Shown piece after piece: positions 19,604 through 29,177 of a stretch of 64,000 bases of DNA. This DNA comes from Elainellaceae cyanobacterium. GTDB lineage: Bacteria > Cyanobacteriota > Cyanobacteriia > CAZCXK01. How positions within the stretch are numbered: the stretch's first letter is position 1; each line of letters begins with the position of its first letter. The stretch spans positions 23,763 to 87,762 of the forward strand of contig JBNPEG010000017.1 in the NCBI GenBank assembly GCA_051117555.1, in the 5' to 3' direction. A model generated the notes under the pieces. That model was given only the letters and a program-made list of their open reading frames with translations. It made no database searches and had not been told where the DNA came from. A program made the translations under genes and the position numbers.

Positions 19604-20848
19604 CTATGGGAATAGTGGATCCGGATCGAATCGGCTTTCAGGTGACAGAGTTTCTGGACTGGAAACTGCTCCCGCCGGATTGAAGTTGAACTGGGGCGAA
19701 TAATCTTCGATTTGAGGAGACGACTGTGCGGACGGATTTTCAAACAAATCAGGCAACTCATCAATGCCGCCATTGAACATCGGCTGCTGAGTCATCCAGA
19801 CCAGACCACCTGTGGCACCTGCCATCAGTGCTGCATATCCCACATAAAGGTGAACAGGTCTAAGCTGATTAGATGGTTTAGGAGACACACGCTGCCACGA
19901 TGGGGCGATAATTTTTGCAGGTTCTAGTGAGGGCAACGAAGACATCAAGGCATATCCGTCTAAGCCAATTGCATCTCCGATACGCCGAATAAATCCACGA
20001 ACATAGATATCTTCTGGTAATTGATCAGTCTGACCTGCTTCCAGCGCTTTAATCTGATGAATTGGAATATGAGTTTGATAGTGAACCTTTTCAAGGGACA
20101 TTGATCGCTTGAGGCGAGCCTGCTTAAGTTCTTGCCCAATGCGATGCAAAGACGTTTCTCGTTGTTCTGTGATGGAAGGAGACGTGGATGGACTGACTTT
20201 TTGGAACTGAGTTAATCGCCGAGCATATTTCAAGACGGACGGCGATTCGGGACGGTGACGGGTATCATCTTGCGATTCCGATAACACCGTTTCGGCTGTA
20301 ACCGCTTCGCAAACTACGGAATTAGTATTGACTGAATAATTGGGCGCAACAGCAGGAGTCACCTGGCGAGAAGACGCATGATTTGTCTCGGTAACGGATG
20401 GTAAGGCGCTAACATGTTCCTGTTGGCGAGAATACGTTTGAGACGTAGTATCTTGAGCCCGATGAGGAGTATCCGATGCATCAGGACTCAATTTCGACTC
20501 TATGGTAAGAGTTTGACGGGTAGAAGAATGATTAGAATATTGCTTGAGTAATCGTCGAAGTACAAGTCGAATGGCTTCACGGCCTAGTGCCTTGACAAGG
20601 GATTGAGACCCATCCGTCACGTCTCCGATACTCTGCTGGAGACCTTCTAAAACTTTTTGATAAATCTCACTATGGTGAAGTTCTGCTTCAACACGAACCA
20701 GTAGAGCACGCAGTTCTTCCTTAGAAATTGCAAGCTTTGTGCCCCTAGAACCTTCCAGGCAGTATGTAGATGATGTCGCCACGATGTCTATTGTCTCCGT
20801 GCACGCGATAAATACAGCCGAACCTGCCAGGCCATAAAACGTAAGCAC
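19604..20848 (-). CDS. RodZ-like HTH membrane protein
   Basis: IGQELKQAR...IKALEAG...LPEDIYVRGFIRR followed by a TM helix. Start uncertain. Confidence 0.8.
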   Translation of the reverse strand: MLTFYGLAGSAVFIACTETIDIVATSSTYCLEGSRGTKLAISKEELRALLVRVEAELHHSEIYQKVLEGLQQSIGDVTDGSQSLVKALGREAIRLVLRRLLKQYSNHSSTRQTLTIESKLSPDASDTPHRAQDTTSQTYSRQQEHVSALPSVTETNHASSRQVTPAVAPNYSVNTNSVVCEAVTAETVLSESQDDTRHRPESPSVLKYARRLTQFQKVSPSTSPSITEQRETSLHRIGQELKQARLKRSMSLEKVHYQTHIPIHQIKALEAGQTDQLPEDIYVRGFIRRIGDAIGLDGYALMSSLPSLEPAKIIAPSWQRVSPKPSNQLRPVHLYVGYAALMAGATGGLVWMTQQPMFNGGIDELPDLFENPSAQSSPQIEDYSPQFNFNPAGAVSSPETLSPESRFDPDPLFP

Positions 20849-21145
20849 CTCAGAATTGGATGACCCTCAAAATTGGATAAGTAGTTTATGGCATTGTTTA
20901 AGTCAATTGATGTTGAAAGCCAACATCCAAGCAGTTCGGATCTCTAAGTAAGACTTTCTAGATCTCTGGAGCAATTCCGGAATAGAAATTAAAAACTCAC
21001 TATTTCTGATCTCCTCGCCCGCACCGACTAATCGCCTGCGCTATGGTAATTGAGCAAAATTGCTGGGGATCTCGCCGTCTATGTTTCAGCAATCTCTGCC
21101 TTAAGCATGCCACGCGACCATATTTATACCTGACGTATTGAACAT

Positions 21146-21294
21146 GGGAGCATCCTGAATGAGGCATTCAGAGATTGCGTCACTGCGTTCGCAATGACCA
21201 GAAAATTATTTGCAATGACTATCCGAGAGTCACTGCGAGCGATAGAGAAGCAGTCTCAAGGGCAAGCAGGTTTTCGCAAAATTGGGATGCGCCC
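21146..21294. mobile_element. MITE, GGGAGCATCC family, imperfect 9-bp TSD
   Basis: GGGAGCATCC...GGATGCGCCC flanked by ATTGAACAT and ATTAAACAT. Contains an inverted pair GAGATTGCGTC..CGCAATGAC / GTCACTGCG..GCAGTCTC. Confidence 0.75.
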
Positions 21295-21369
21295 ATTAAA
21301 CATTGCCATTTGTCCTGATTGATTCAAAAAACCAATTCAGAACCCATGGTGTAGGAGGGCACGCATTGA

Positions 21370-21549
21370 TTAGCTGCGCGATCCTTTCTCGGGTTGATAA
21401 TATTTTGCAAAGCATTTTTCCAGATGATGGATGCGATAGCATTTGCAAAAGCGTCGAGGATTTAGAATCAGGGGAGACTGAGAATCGAACAAAGGCTGGT
21501 TGAGGTATTGCCAAGTGAGGAAGAGGAATTTGTTGGGTTGGGAATTCAT
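21370..21549 (-). CDS. Small hypothetical protein (59 aa), WQYLNQPLF...LNPRRF type
   Basis: The ATG-started part of ORF 21370..21627. The motif resembles a cyanobacterial small-protein family (from memory). Confidence 0.6.
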   Translation of the reverse strand: MNSQPNKFLFLTWQYLNQPLFDSQSPLILNPRRFCKCYRIHHLEKCFAKYYQPEKGSRS

Positions 21550-22237
21550 GATACTTCGGTATTTTGAGAACGCAAACCAGGGTAAGACGTGAGGGCTTGA
21601 TTCCGCCTTTATAAGGTGGCAATTCATCTGGCCTCAAGTTAATCGTGCCCAAATCAATGCGGTAACTTTAAACAAAATGTGTAAAGTTCTGAATCAGCAC
21701 TTGAAATTAAGACTGAGAAATTGAATTAGAGTTCCGAAAACTAACCTTTACAAGGTTTTGAGACTAATCGCCCAATACAGCGGTAGCAGAGACTTGCCGT
21801 CTGAATTTAGGTAAATACACGGCAAAATATTACTCAAAGTACGTAGTCAATAAGCCAACTAATTGACTACGTATAAATACTTAACTGGCGATCGCCCTGG
21901 ATAAGCACTCCGGGATGATGCCTGGACGAGAAACGGTAACACCCGACCTGGGTAAATGCTTGAGTATGGTGAAGCATTTGATTCTTCAGGGCAGGCTGAC
22001 TCATATCCGGTTAGTTAGGCTTGAGTACATTGATTTATCTCGTAGAGTGGCACGGTTGCGGGTATTCAGCAGATATTCAACGGCTCTGTTGCTGCATTTT
22101 CAAAATTTGCCGATTAAAGCTGCCAAACGTCTGGTCTAATGTGTCGAACTGTGTACAAACTTAAGTGGATCATGACTCGTAGAGCGATTTCGTGACCCTT
22201 TGTACTTCATTCCTACTCAAGGTAAGGCTTATCCAGA

Positions 22238-23437
22238 ATGACTCTCAGTGGATTACTGGCTCAAGGTTTGATTCAGGGCGCATTAGGATTGGGTTCTATC
22301 GTGTTAGCGGAATTTGTTCGAGACTGCTATCACGTTGCTGGGCACTATTGGCGTCCTCTTCAAAAGCTGCATCTTTTGCATCACAAAGCCTATCGACAAG
22401 ACTTTACCGTTGCCAACCAGCAGGCATATGGTCAAGCTCAGCTTTATAACGATTTACCTGAATCGCTTGTCATGATTGCGTTTACCGGCATTGCAATGGG
22501 ACTGAGCCAGTCGTATGCTGCGGGGGTCGGGGTTCTATATTCGCTCGGCTTTTTGGGCGGCGCGTTGATTCGATCTCAAGGGTGGTGGCTGCAAACTGAT
22601 CTCACTCATTTGCCGGGTGCGCTGACTCAGATCCCTGGCAATATGAGAGTTAACCGCACCTATCACTGGCGTCATCATTTCGACGAAACCAACGCCTACT
22701 TTGCCGGACATTTTACAATCATAGACAAAGTGTTAGGAACAAGCCTTTCTCTTAAGGGGAAAATTGTTGCAATCACCGGCGCTTCTGGCTCGATGGGGCG
22801 ATCGCTGATGTCGGAACTGGCGCGTCAGGGAGCAAAGCCGATTGCGCTGACGACGTCTCCTACATTTACGTGTGACGATGCGGTAGATATCGTGCAGTGG
22901 TGCGTTGGACAAGAACATGACTTGAGCGATCGCCTCAAGTCTGTGGATATTCTGGTGCTCAATCATGGGCTCAACGTTTATGGCGATCGCACGGCTGAGG
23001 CAATTCAGACCTCATTAGAGGTTAATGCGCTATCCACATGGAGATTGGCAGAAATTTTCATGGCAACGGTGACGGGCTCAACGGATCGAGCCACCAAAGA
23101 AATTTGGATTAATACATCTGAAGCAGAAGTTAGCCCAGCACTGAGCCCGTTATATGAAATTTCGAAGCGACTCATCGGAGATTTGATTACCTTACGGCGA
23201 CTTGATGCGCCCTGCGTGATGCGCAAAATTATTCTGGGTCCATTTAAGAGCACATTAAACCCGTACGGAGTCATGTCGCCCCAGTGGGTTGCTAAGGCAG
23301 TCGTCGCTCTGGCTAAGCGGGATGTGCGCAATATTATCGTAACGATTAACCCAATCACGTATATCGCCTTTCCAGTCAAAGAATTAGCGAAAACCCTTTA
23401 CTTTCGGATTTTTTCAAGCCGCAATTCTAGTCGCTAA
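22238..23437 (+). CDS. Bifunctional sterol desaturase / short-chain dehydrogenase
   Basis: His boxes (HLLHH, HWRHH), then TGASGSMG and YEISK SDR motifs. Confidence 0.9.
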   Translation: MTLSGLLAQGLIQGALGLGSIVLAEFVRDCYHVAGHYWRPLQKLHLLHHKAYRQDFTVANQQAYGQAQLYNDLPESLVMIAFTGIAMGLSQSYAAGVGVLYSLGFLGGALIRSQGWWLQTDLTHLPGALTQIPGNMRVNRTYHWRHHFDETNAYFAGHFTIIDKVLGTSLSLKGKIVAITGASGSMGRSLMSELARQGAKPIALTTSPTFTCDDAVDIVQWCVGQEHDLSDRLKSVDILVLNHGLNVYGDRTAEAIQTSLEVNALSTWRLAEIFMATVTGSTDRATKEIWINTSEAEVSPALSPLYEISKRLIGDLITLRRLDAPCVMRKIILGPFKSTLNPYGVMSPQWVAKAVVALAKRDVRNIIVTINPITYIAFPVKELAKTLYFRIFSSRNSSR

Positions 23438-23551
23438 CAGGTCGAGATGTATAACGACCGCCCCAGTTCTTTGGGCAGTTGCACGCCAGATAGCTTTCCC
23501 AGCTTGGTTCTCTAATTAAGAATGATGTCCTAAGCTATCTGGCTAAAGCTA

Positions 23552-23664
23552 TATAGCAATCCCAAATAAATTGTGGGAAAAACCAAAGGAGTTTGGGGAC
23601 GAAGTCCCCAAGAAGGGGGCAACGCCCCCTCCACCCCTCTTACGAATCATTTAGGACTGCTATA
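23552..23664. mobile_element. MITE, TATAGCAATCC family
   Basis: TATAGCAATCCCAAATAAAT...ATCATTTAGGACTGCTATA with internal hairpins. Overlaps the menD stop. Confidence 0.8.
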
Positions 23665-25411
23665 TGTCTTGAGAAATTCTTTGAAATAAAGCCTGCCGTT
23701 TCAACGGATCGGTTTGACGATTCGTGGGCACCTCAAGAATGCGAACAGTTTGATCAAACGATGACATCAGAGCGTTGGCTAAGTCGTCCCAGGTGTGAAT
23801 TTGAATGTATTCGACCTTGTACGTTCGGCAAATATGATGAAAATCGATTGATTGAGGCGTAGCAAAATAATCTTCGAAGGGTGGATCAAATTGAGAAATG
23901 GGCAATAACTCAAAAATCCCGCCGCCATTATTGTTAATTAATACAATCGTGAGTTGCCCAACAAACTGCTGTGTTAGCAAAAACCCGTTGGTATCATGAA
24001 GAAGAGCTAAATCTCCGGTGAGCAATACAGTGTGGCGGTTTCGATAACCAATTCCAACCGCAGTAGAGAGCGTGCCATCAATGCCATTAGCGCCTCGATT
24101 AAAGAAAGGTTGAAGTCTTAAATCGTTAGGCTTCCAAAACCATTCGACATCTCGAACGGGCGTGCTATTGGCAATAAATAATGGGGTATTTTTAGGCAAG
24201 ATTTGTGACAAAACCCAAGCGATTTTGCCTTCAAATAAATCATCCATTTCTGTAAACGCCTGGTCAAGCAATGAACGAATAGTTGCTTCTGTTTTGCACC
24301 AATTTTTGAGATAGATAGACGGAGGCATCGCTGAGGATCCCTCTAGCTGATGTGCGAGCGACTCAACCGAGATTCGCAGATGATGAGTCAACCCATGAAG
24401 CGGATCAAGATTGCGATCGCTCTCGTCAACAATCCACTGCTGGGGTTGGGTTGTGGTTAGCCAGTCGCGCAGCACTTTGCTGGTTGGCATTTCACCGATT
24501 CGAATGACGATTTCAGGCGTTAGCCCCTCTGCCAACCGCGAATTTCGCAACATCAGATCGTAGGTTGAAATCAAATATGGGTTGAGGCTGGCATAGTTCC
24601 GCAGGGGAGACAGTCCTTCAGCCAAAACGGGAAACCCTAGCGTTTTCGACACCTGGGCGATCGCCTCACAATAAGGTTTCGGACATTGGGGTTGGGCAGG
24701 GCCAGCAATAATTAGCCCGTTCGAGTGCTGTTGCCACGTTTGAAGCAGGGTCGAGGGAATCGAAGGACTCGAATAGAGAATCGAATCAGACGAAACGCTG
24801 AGATGGGAGAAAAAAGTCTGACTATTCAACCGGGATTCTAGAGCTTCAGCATCCGATTGGGAAATCGGCGCCAGCGGATCGCGAAACGGGATATTGAGAT
24901 GGACGGGTCCCGGAACTGGCGCGCGCGATCGCTCCCATGCATAAACCGTGATTTGCCTAAGATAGGCCAGCATATGAGTATCAAGGGAAGGTGTCGCCAA
25001 TTCTGCATACCACGTTGGAAAACTGCCATAAAGCTTTTGCTGATCGATGGCTTGTCCTGCATTACAGTTTCGTAGCTCAGGAGGGCGATCGGCAGTGAGA
25101 ATAATGAGAGGAACTCGGCTTTCGCGAGCCTCAATCACAGCCGGATACATATTGGCTCCAGCCGTGCCAGACGTGCAGACGAGTGCAATGGGTCGATGGC
25201 TCCGCCGCGCCATACCCAGAGCAAAAAACGAGGCCGATCGTTCATCTAGAACCGGAATAGACTCAACACCATCCGACCGGGCAAATGCGACCGCCATCGG
25301 TGCAGAGCGAGATCCTGGACAAATGACTGCGGTGGTGAGCCCTACGCGGCTGAGCGTTTCAACCAAAATCGATGCCCAGACCGTATTAATATTTCTAAAA
25401 TCGAGCGACAT
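23660..25411 (-). CDS. menD: SEPHCHC synthase
   Basis: PGSRSAP, DERSASF, TSGTA, NRGANGIDG, GDLALLHD, NNNGGGIF. Confidence 0.97.
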   Translation of the reverse strand: MSLDFRNINTVWASILVETLSRVGLTTAVICPGSRSAPMAVAFARSDGVESIPVLDERSASFFALGMARRSHRPIALVCTSGTAGANMYPAVIEARESRVPLIILTADRPPELRNCNAGQAIDQQKLYGSFPTWYAELATPSLDTHMLAYLRQITVYAWERSRAPVPGPVHLNIPFRDPLAPISQSDAEALESRLNSQTFFSHLSVSSDSILYSSPSIPSTLLQTWQQHSNGLIIAGPAQPQCPKPYCEAIAQVSKTLGFPVLAEGLSPLRNYASLNPYLISTYDLMLRNSRLAEGLTPEIVIRIGEMPTSKVLRDWLTTTQPQQWIVDESDRNLDPLHGLTHHLRISVESLAHQLEGSSAMPPSIYLKNWCKTEATIRSLLDQAFTEMDDLFEGKIAWVLSQILPKNTPLFIANSTPVRDVEWFWKPNDLRLQPFFNRGANGIDGTLSTAVGIGYRNRHTVLLTGDLALLHDTNGFLLTQQFVGQLTIVLINNNGGGIFELLPISQFDPPFEDYFATPQSIDFHHICRTYKVEYIQIHTWDDLANALMSSFDQTVRILEVPTNRQTDPLKRQALFQRISQDI

Positions 25412-25440
25412 GACCTTGTAGTTCCTTTCCTCTCCGCACT

Positions 25441-26859
25441 CTAAACCAGAGCTTGCAGGAGCGCTCGGAGTTTAAGTCGAATTTCTGCTAATTCTCGTTC
25501 GGGGTCTGATCCCATTACAATGCCCGCCCCTGCGTAAAGACGGGCATACTGGCCTTTTAAGAGCGCTGAGCGAATGCCGACGATGAATTCACTGTTGCCC
25601 TGCGTATCAACCCAACCCAATGCCCCTGCATAGAGCGATCGCTCGAAGGGCTCATATTGAGCAATGTGGCGGCAGGCAACATCGCGGGGCAAGCCAGCGA
25701 TCGCCGGAGTGGGGTGAATTTCGGCTAACAGTTCTAAGGCAGAGGCATGTCCAGACAGTGTTGCCTGAATGGGCGTATGAAGATGTTGAATATTGGCCAA
25801 TTGAAGCAAACTGGGCTCAGGATTATAGTGAGGCTTCAGCCCAAAGCGGGTGACGCTCTGGACAATAAAATCGACCACCAGTTGATGCTCATGGCGTTCC
25901 TTGGGGCTACTGAGTAAACGATTTGCGAGCTCTGCATCGTCTGCAAGAGTTTGTCCTCGCGGGGCCGAGCCTGCGAGCGCATCGATCACTAAATGATTGT
26001 GGCGAATACTGATTAATCGTTCGGGACTGGCTCCAATAAATTGAGTGTCTGACTGTTGCCCGATTGAAAACACGCAGCAATCTGAATGAAATTGGCGTAG
26101 TTTGTTTAAGCAATGAATCCATTGAAAGGGGAGATATGAAATCACATCAACCGCATGAGCCAGCACAAGCTTATTTAACTGATGACTTTGAATGCATTTA
26201 AGAACAGAAGAAACGGTCGTTTCAAAATCGTGAATATCTGAAATTTGCCAGGTATCAGGTGAGTTTTCAAAGCTGTTTGACAGATCAGAGACGCTGTAGC
26301 GAATGGTTTGAATGAATTGAAATTCAGATATAACACTTTGTGTCATCTGAGATAAATCAGAATCAGCATCCATCAAGAGATTGACCGTCAGCCAATGAGA
26401 GTGTCCTTGCTGGGTGACCTGCCACCGAGGCAGAAAGACAGTCGCAGCCGGAAATGGAGCCGTTAGATGGGTATTATCTTCAAAGGTAAATGCACAAAAG
26501 AAACGAGGTAAAACAGAACAATGCGAAAGTGAAAATGGCTGAATAACGTGTTTAGAAATCGACTGAATAAAATCTTGAGCTTCTAGAAATCGTGTTGCCC
26601 CATGGGTTTGAAACAGCACGGTATTGGCGATCGCCACCACAGAATCTTGCTCTAGACGTTTCTCGAAATAAAAGTGGTTTTGATGATGCTCACATAGTTC
26701 ATAAAGAACCGATAAAGCATAGGAAAATTCAGTTTCTACGGTGATGCTTGCAATCTTAAAATGATGGTCGTTAACGGCATTTTGTTGACATGTTAAGAGA
26801 AATTGATAAAGGCTTTTAGGATGTTGAAGCAGATTAGTACAATGAGGTTTGATGAGCAT
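25441..26859 (-). CDS. menF: Isochorismate synthase
   Basis: KLVLA, GASPERL, LAGSAPRG, KERHEH, HPTPA, YAGAGIV. Directly upstream of menD. Confidence 0.95.
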   Translation of the reverse strand: MLIKPHCTNLLQHPKSLYQFLLTCQQNAVNDHHFKIASITVETEFSYALSVLYELCEHHQNHFYFEKRLEQDSVVAIANTVLFQTHGATRFLEAQDFIQSISKHVIQPFSLSHCSVLPRFFCAFTFEDNTHLTAPFPAATVFLPRWQVTQQGHSHWLTVNLLMDADSDLSQMTQSVISEFQFIQTIRYSVSDLSNSFENSPDTWQISDIHDFETTVSSVLKCIQSHQLNKLVLAHAVDVISYLPFQWIHCLNKLRQFHSDCCVFSIGQQSDTQFIGASPERLISIRHNHLVIDALAGSAPRGQTLADDAELANRLLSSPKERHEHQLVVDFIVQSVTRFGLKPHYNPEPSLLQLANIQHLHTPIQATLSGHASALELLAEIHPTPAIAGLPRDVACRHIAQYEPFERSLYAGALGWVDTQGNSEFIVGIRSALLKGQYARLYAGAGIVMGSDPERELAEIRLKLRALLQALV

Positions 26860-27077
26860 AGAAATGGGAATGGGACGGTTTTTGGGGCCAAGATTAAACT
26901 CTCAATTGAGTGACCTTCTATCAATAGAGGTAGCACACTTCATTCACCTCAATCATCCTAAATCCGTTCCTAACCCCAAAGCCTCTTTATCATCGCTTGT
27001 TACAAAACAAATTTGCAAATTCATTGGGATCATACTTGATGACTGTTAAATGACTATGGCCGCTAAACGAATTTTGA

Positions 27078-27256
27078 TATAGCAATCCTAAACATTCATG
27101 AAATGGGAGTGCGGGCATCTTGCCCGCCTTGGCAACTGGAGATTTTAAAAAATCATCTGGGATTTCTGTGTAGCAATCCCAGATGGGTTGTGAGTGGTGG
27201 GGCGGGCGGCGCCCGCCCCACCACTCACAATTCACAAGCGATTTAGGATCGCTATA
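27078..27256. mobile_element. Two tandem TATAGCAATCC-family MITEs
   Basis: Two units starting TAGCAATCC, each with a different internal GC hairpin. Ends TTTAGGATCGCTATA. Confidence 0.7.
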
Positions 27257-27522
27257 GTTGTCGGCTTGAGTCTCAAAAGTTACATATCTTAAGATTGTGG
27301 TTAGAGCATTTCAGGTGCCATGCTGTTCTGTCGATTGAGCCCAAATTTGGGGTAAGGCAAATGCTGATTTTGAGTCAGTGCAAACGAGTACCCCCCTTAC
27401 AGAGAGGGTTTTCACGCCGCCAGATTTTTTTCATTTCGTGCAAGCGGAGGTTGTGAATTTCTCCGCCAGCTCATGTGTCAGATATTTTATCTCTCAACTC
27501 GTTGATAAACACTCCGGACAAA

Positions 27523-27538
27523 TATGATTCAAATCACA
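27523..27538. promoter_or_regulatory. Putative Crp-type site
   Basis: TATGA-TTCAAA-TCACA against consensus TGTGA-N6-TCACA. A second TCACA half-site lies 22 bp downstream. Confidence 0.4.
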
Positions 27539-27679
27539 TGATGTACGTACTTAGATCACATTTAAAAGTGGAATCTTTCAACATCCTATAAAGGAGCGAC
27601 TTGAGTTCACTAGGCTCTGCATCGTCGTTGATTTTCATTACAAAAATGTAGCTATTGCCCTACACAGATTTTCCTTGAA

Positions 27680-27904
27680 ATGATGTCCACAGATCTTTCC
27701 TTACTTCCGAGTGCGATCGCTGACATCACGGCATATGCAGCCGAATCAGGCGTAATTACCGTTGCCGATCGGTACGGGCTGCTAGCCGCTGTTCTCAATC
27801 CGTCATCTTTACGACCCGACGAACAAGAAGCCGTTGATCGACTGCTTCGAGCAGTTTGCCGGGGGCGCATTGTGTTAGTCGACGAATTGTCTGCGGTTCT
27901 CTAG
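27680..27904 (+). CDS. Small hypothetical protein (74 aa)
   Basis: LLP.A....ADRYGL.AA...DRLL.AV.RGR pattern typical of a cyanobacterial family. Confidence 0.75.
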   Translation: MMSTDLSLLPSAIADITAYAAESGVITVADRYGLLAAVLNPSSLRPDEQEAVDRLLRAVCRGRIVLVDELSAVL

Positions 27905-27950
27905 GCCAATATTTCGGTTAATTGCTGTTGGATAAAGCCTTAGCGAGAAT

Positions 27951-28427
27951 TTAATACTCCGTTTTGTCTGCTTTAGCAGTCCAGGCTCCAAAGACTGCCC
28001 GTGCTTCATCTCGCAGGAGTTGAGTCATTGGGAATTTACGCTGATCAATTGGCAAATTGAGTTCGGCGTAGATGAACTGATCATCAAATCCAATTTGAGC
28101 GGCATCGGCATGGGTATTAGCGTAGTAAACTCGCTCAGGTCTAGCCCAGTAAATCGCTCCCATACACATAGGACACGGTTCACAACTGGTATAGACGTCG
28201 CAGCCTGTCAGTTGAAAGGTGCCTAATGCTTGGCAGGCATGGCGAATAGCAACAACCTCTGCATGGGCAGTCGGATCATTCGTCGATGTAACCAGATTGC
28301 GTCCTCTAGCAACAATGTCACCGTTCTTCACAATTACAGCTCCAAATGGCCCGCCATCCCCAGAGATCACATTGTGATGAGAGAGGGCGATCGCCTCACG
28401 CATAAATTCGTGACGTACGTCAGTCAT
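27951..28427 (-). CDS. guaD: Nucleoside deaminase (GuaD-type guanine deaminase)
   Basis: GGPFGA, HAE, SCEPCPMC, GFDD and a C-terminal Tyr. Confidence 0.85.
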   Translation of the reverse strand: MTDVRHEFMREAIALSHHNVISGDGGPFGAVIVKNGDIVARGRNLVTSTNDPTAHAEVVAIRHACQALGTFQLTGCDVYTSCEPCPMCMGAIYWARPERVYYANTHADAAQIGFDDQFIYAELNLPIDQRKFPMTQLLRDEARAVFGAWTAKADKTEY

Positions 28428-28474
28428 AAATTTGCCTCGCTAACGATTCGGTCGCCTATCAATTTAGCCGCCTA

Positions 28475-29107
28475 TTAGCCGCCTATAAAGGGAGTGTTCC
28501 AAAACTTCCAATTTTCTTTGTTGAACGGAGATTTCCAACGAGCAATTAAGCCAGATTCCAGGAGTTGACGCGGCTTTGTTTGAGCGGGTGTATCCCACCA
28601 AAATGCCGTGTTAATGGTCGTGGGCATTTGGTGGTGAAAATGCACGCTTTGATAATTCAGCACATAGTGCTTGCAATCATGCACCCCTTTCCATCGCTGG
28701 TTTGCCTGACAGGTTTCTCCCACATACAGCAAAATTGGAACAGCAGTATCGACCACAAAATAAATGCAGGGATCTTCGGGATGGTGACGGGCAGGCAAAT
28801 TGAAAAAGAAGAAATTGTGATAGTCAAGGGTAAACGGATCAATGGTTGATGGATCAATGTCAGTGCTCTCAATTGGAAACAGCGCGGATTGCTGGGGAGA
28901 TTGGCTGTCCCTAACTCGACACTGATATCGATACAGCTCCGCTTTCCATATTTGAAGTGCCTCTGAATCAATTTCTAAGTGGGGCTTGGTTCGAGAGTTG
29001 TAACGGCTCAAGGCTCTCTGCTCTGAGACATTGAACAGAGATTGCTGCTCACCATAGATCGACACCGTAGCGCTCCTCAAATTTGACTTCCTAACCATAC
29101 CGCCCAT
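28475..29107 (-). CDS. GIY-YIG nuclease family protein
   Basis: CIYFVVD...LLYVGET...RW...HDCK...E...PFNKE. Confidence 0.8.
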   Translation of the reverse strand: MGGMVRKSNLRSATVSIYGEQQSLFNVSEQRALSRYNSRTKPHLEIDSEALQIWKAELYRYQCRVRDSQSPQQSALFPIESTDIDPSTIDPFTLDYHNFFFFNLPARHHPEDPCIYFVVDTAVPILLYVGETCQANQRWKGVHDCKHYVLNYQSVHFHHQMPTTINTAFWWDTPAQTKPRQLLESGLIARWKSPFNKENWKFWNTPFIGG

Positions 29108-29177
29108 TTCTAGCCATGTCTAGAAAATTATGGAGTTTTTTAGTTCTCCACACGCTAGATATGGAATTTTCAGGAAG

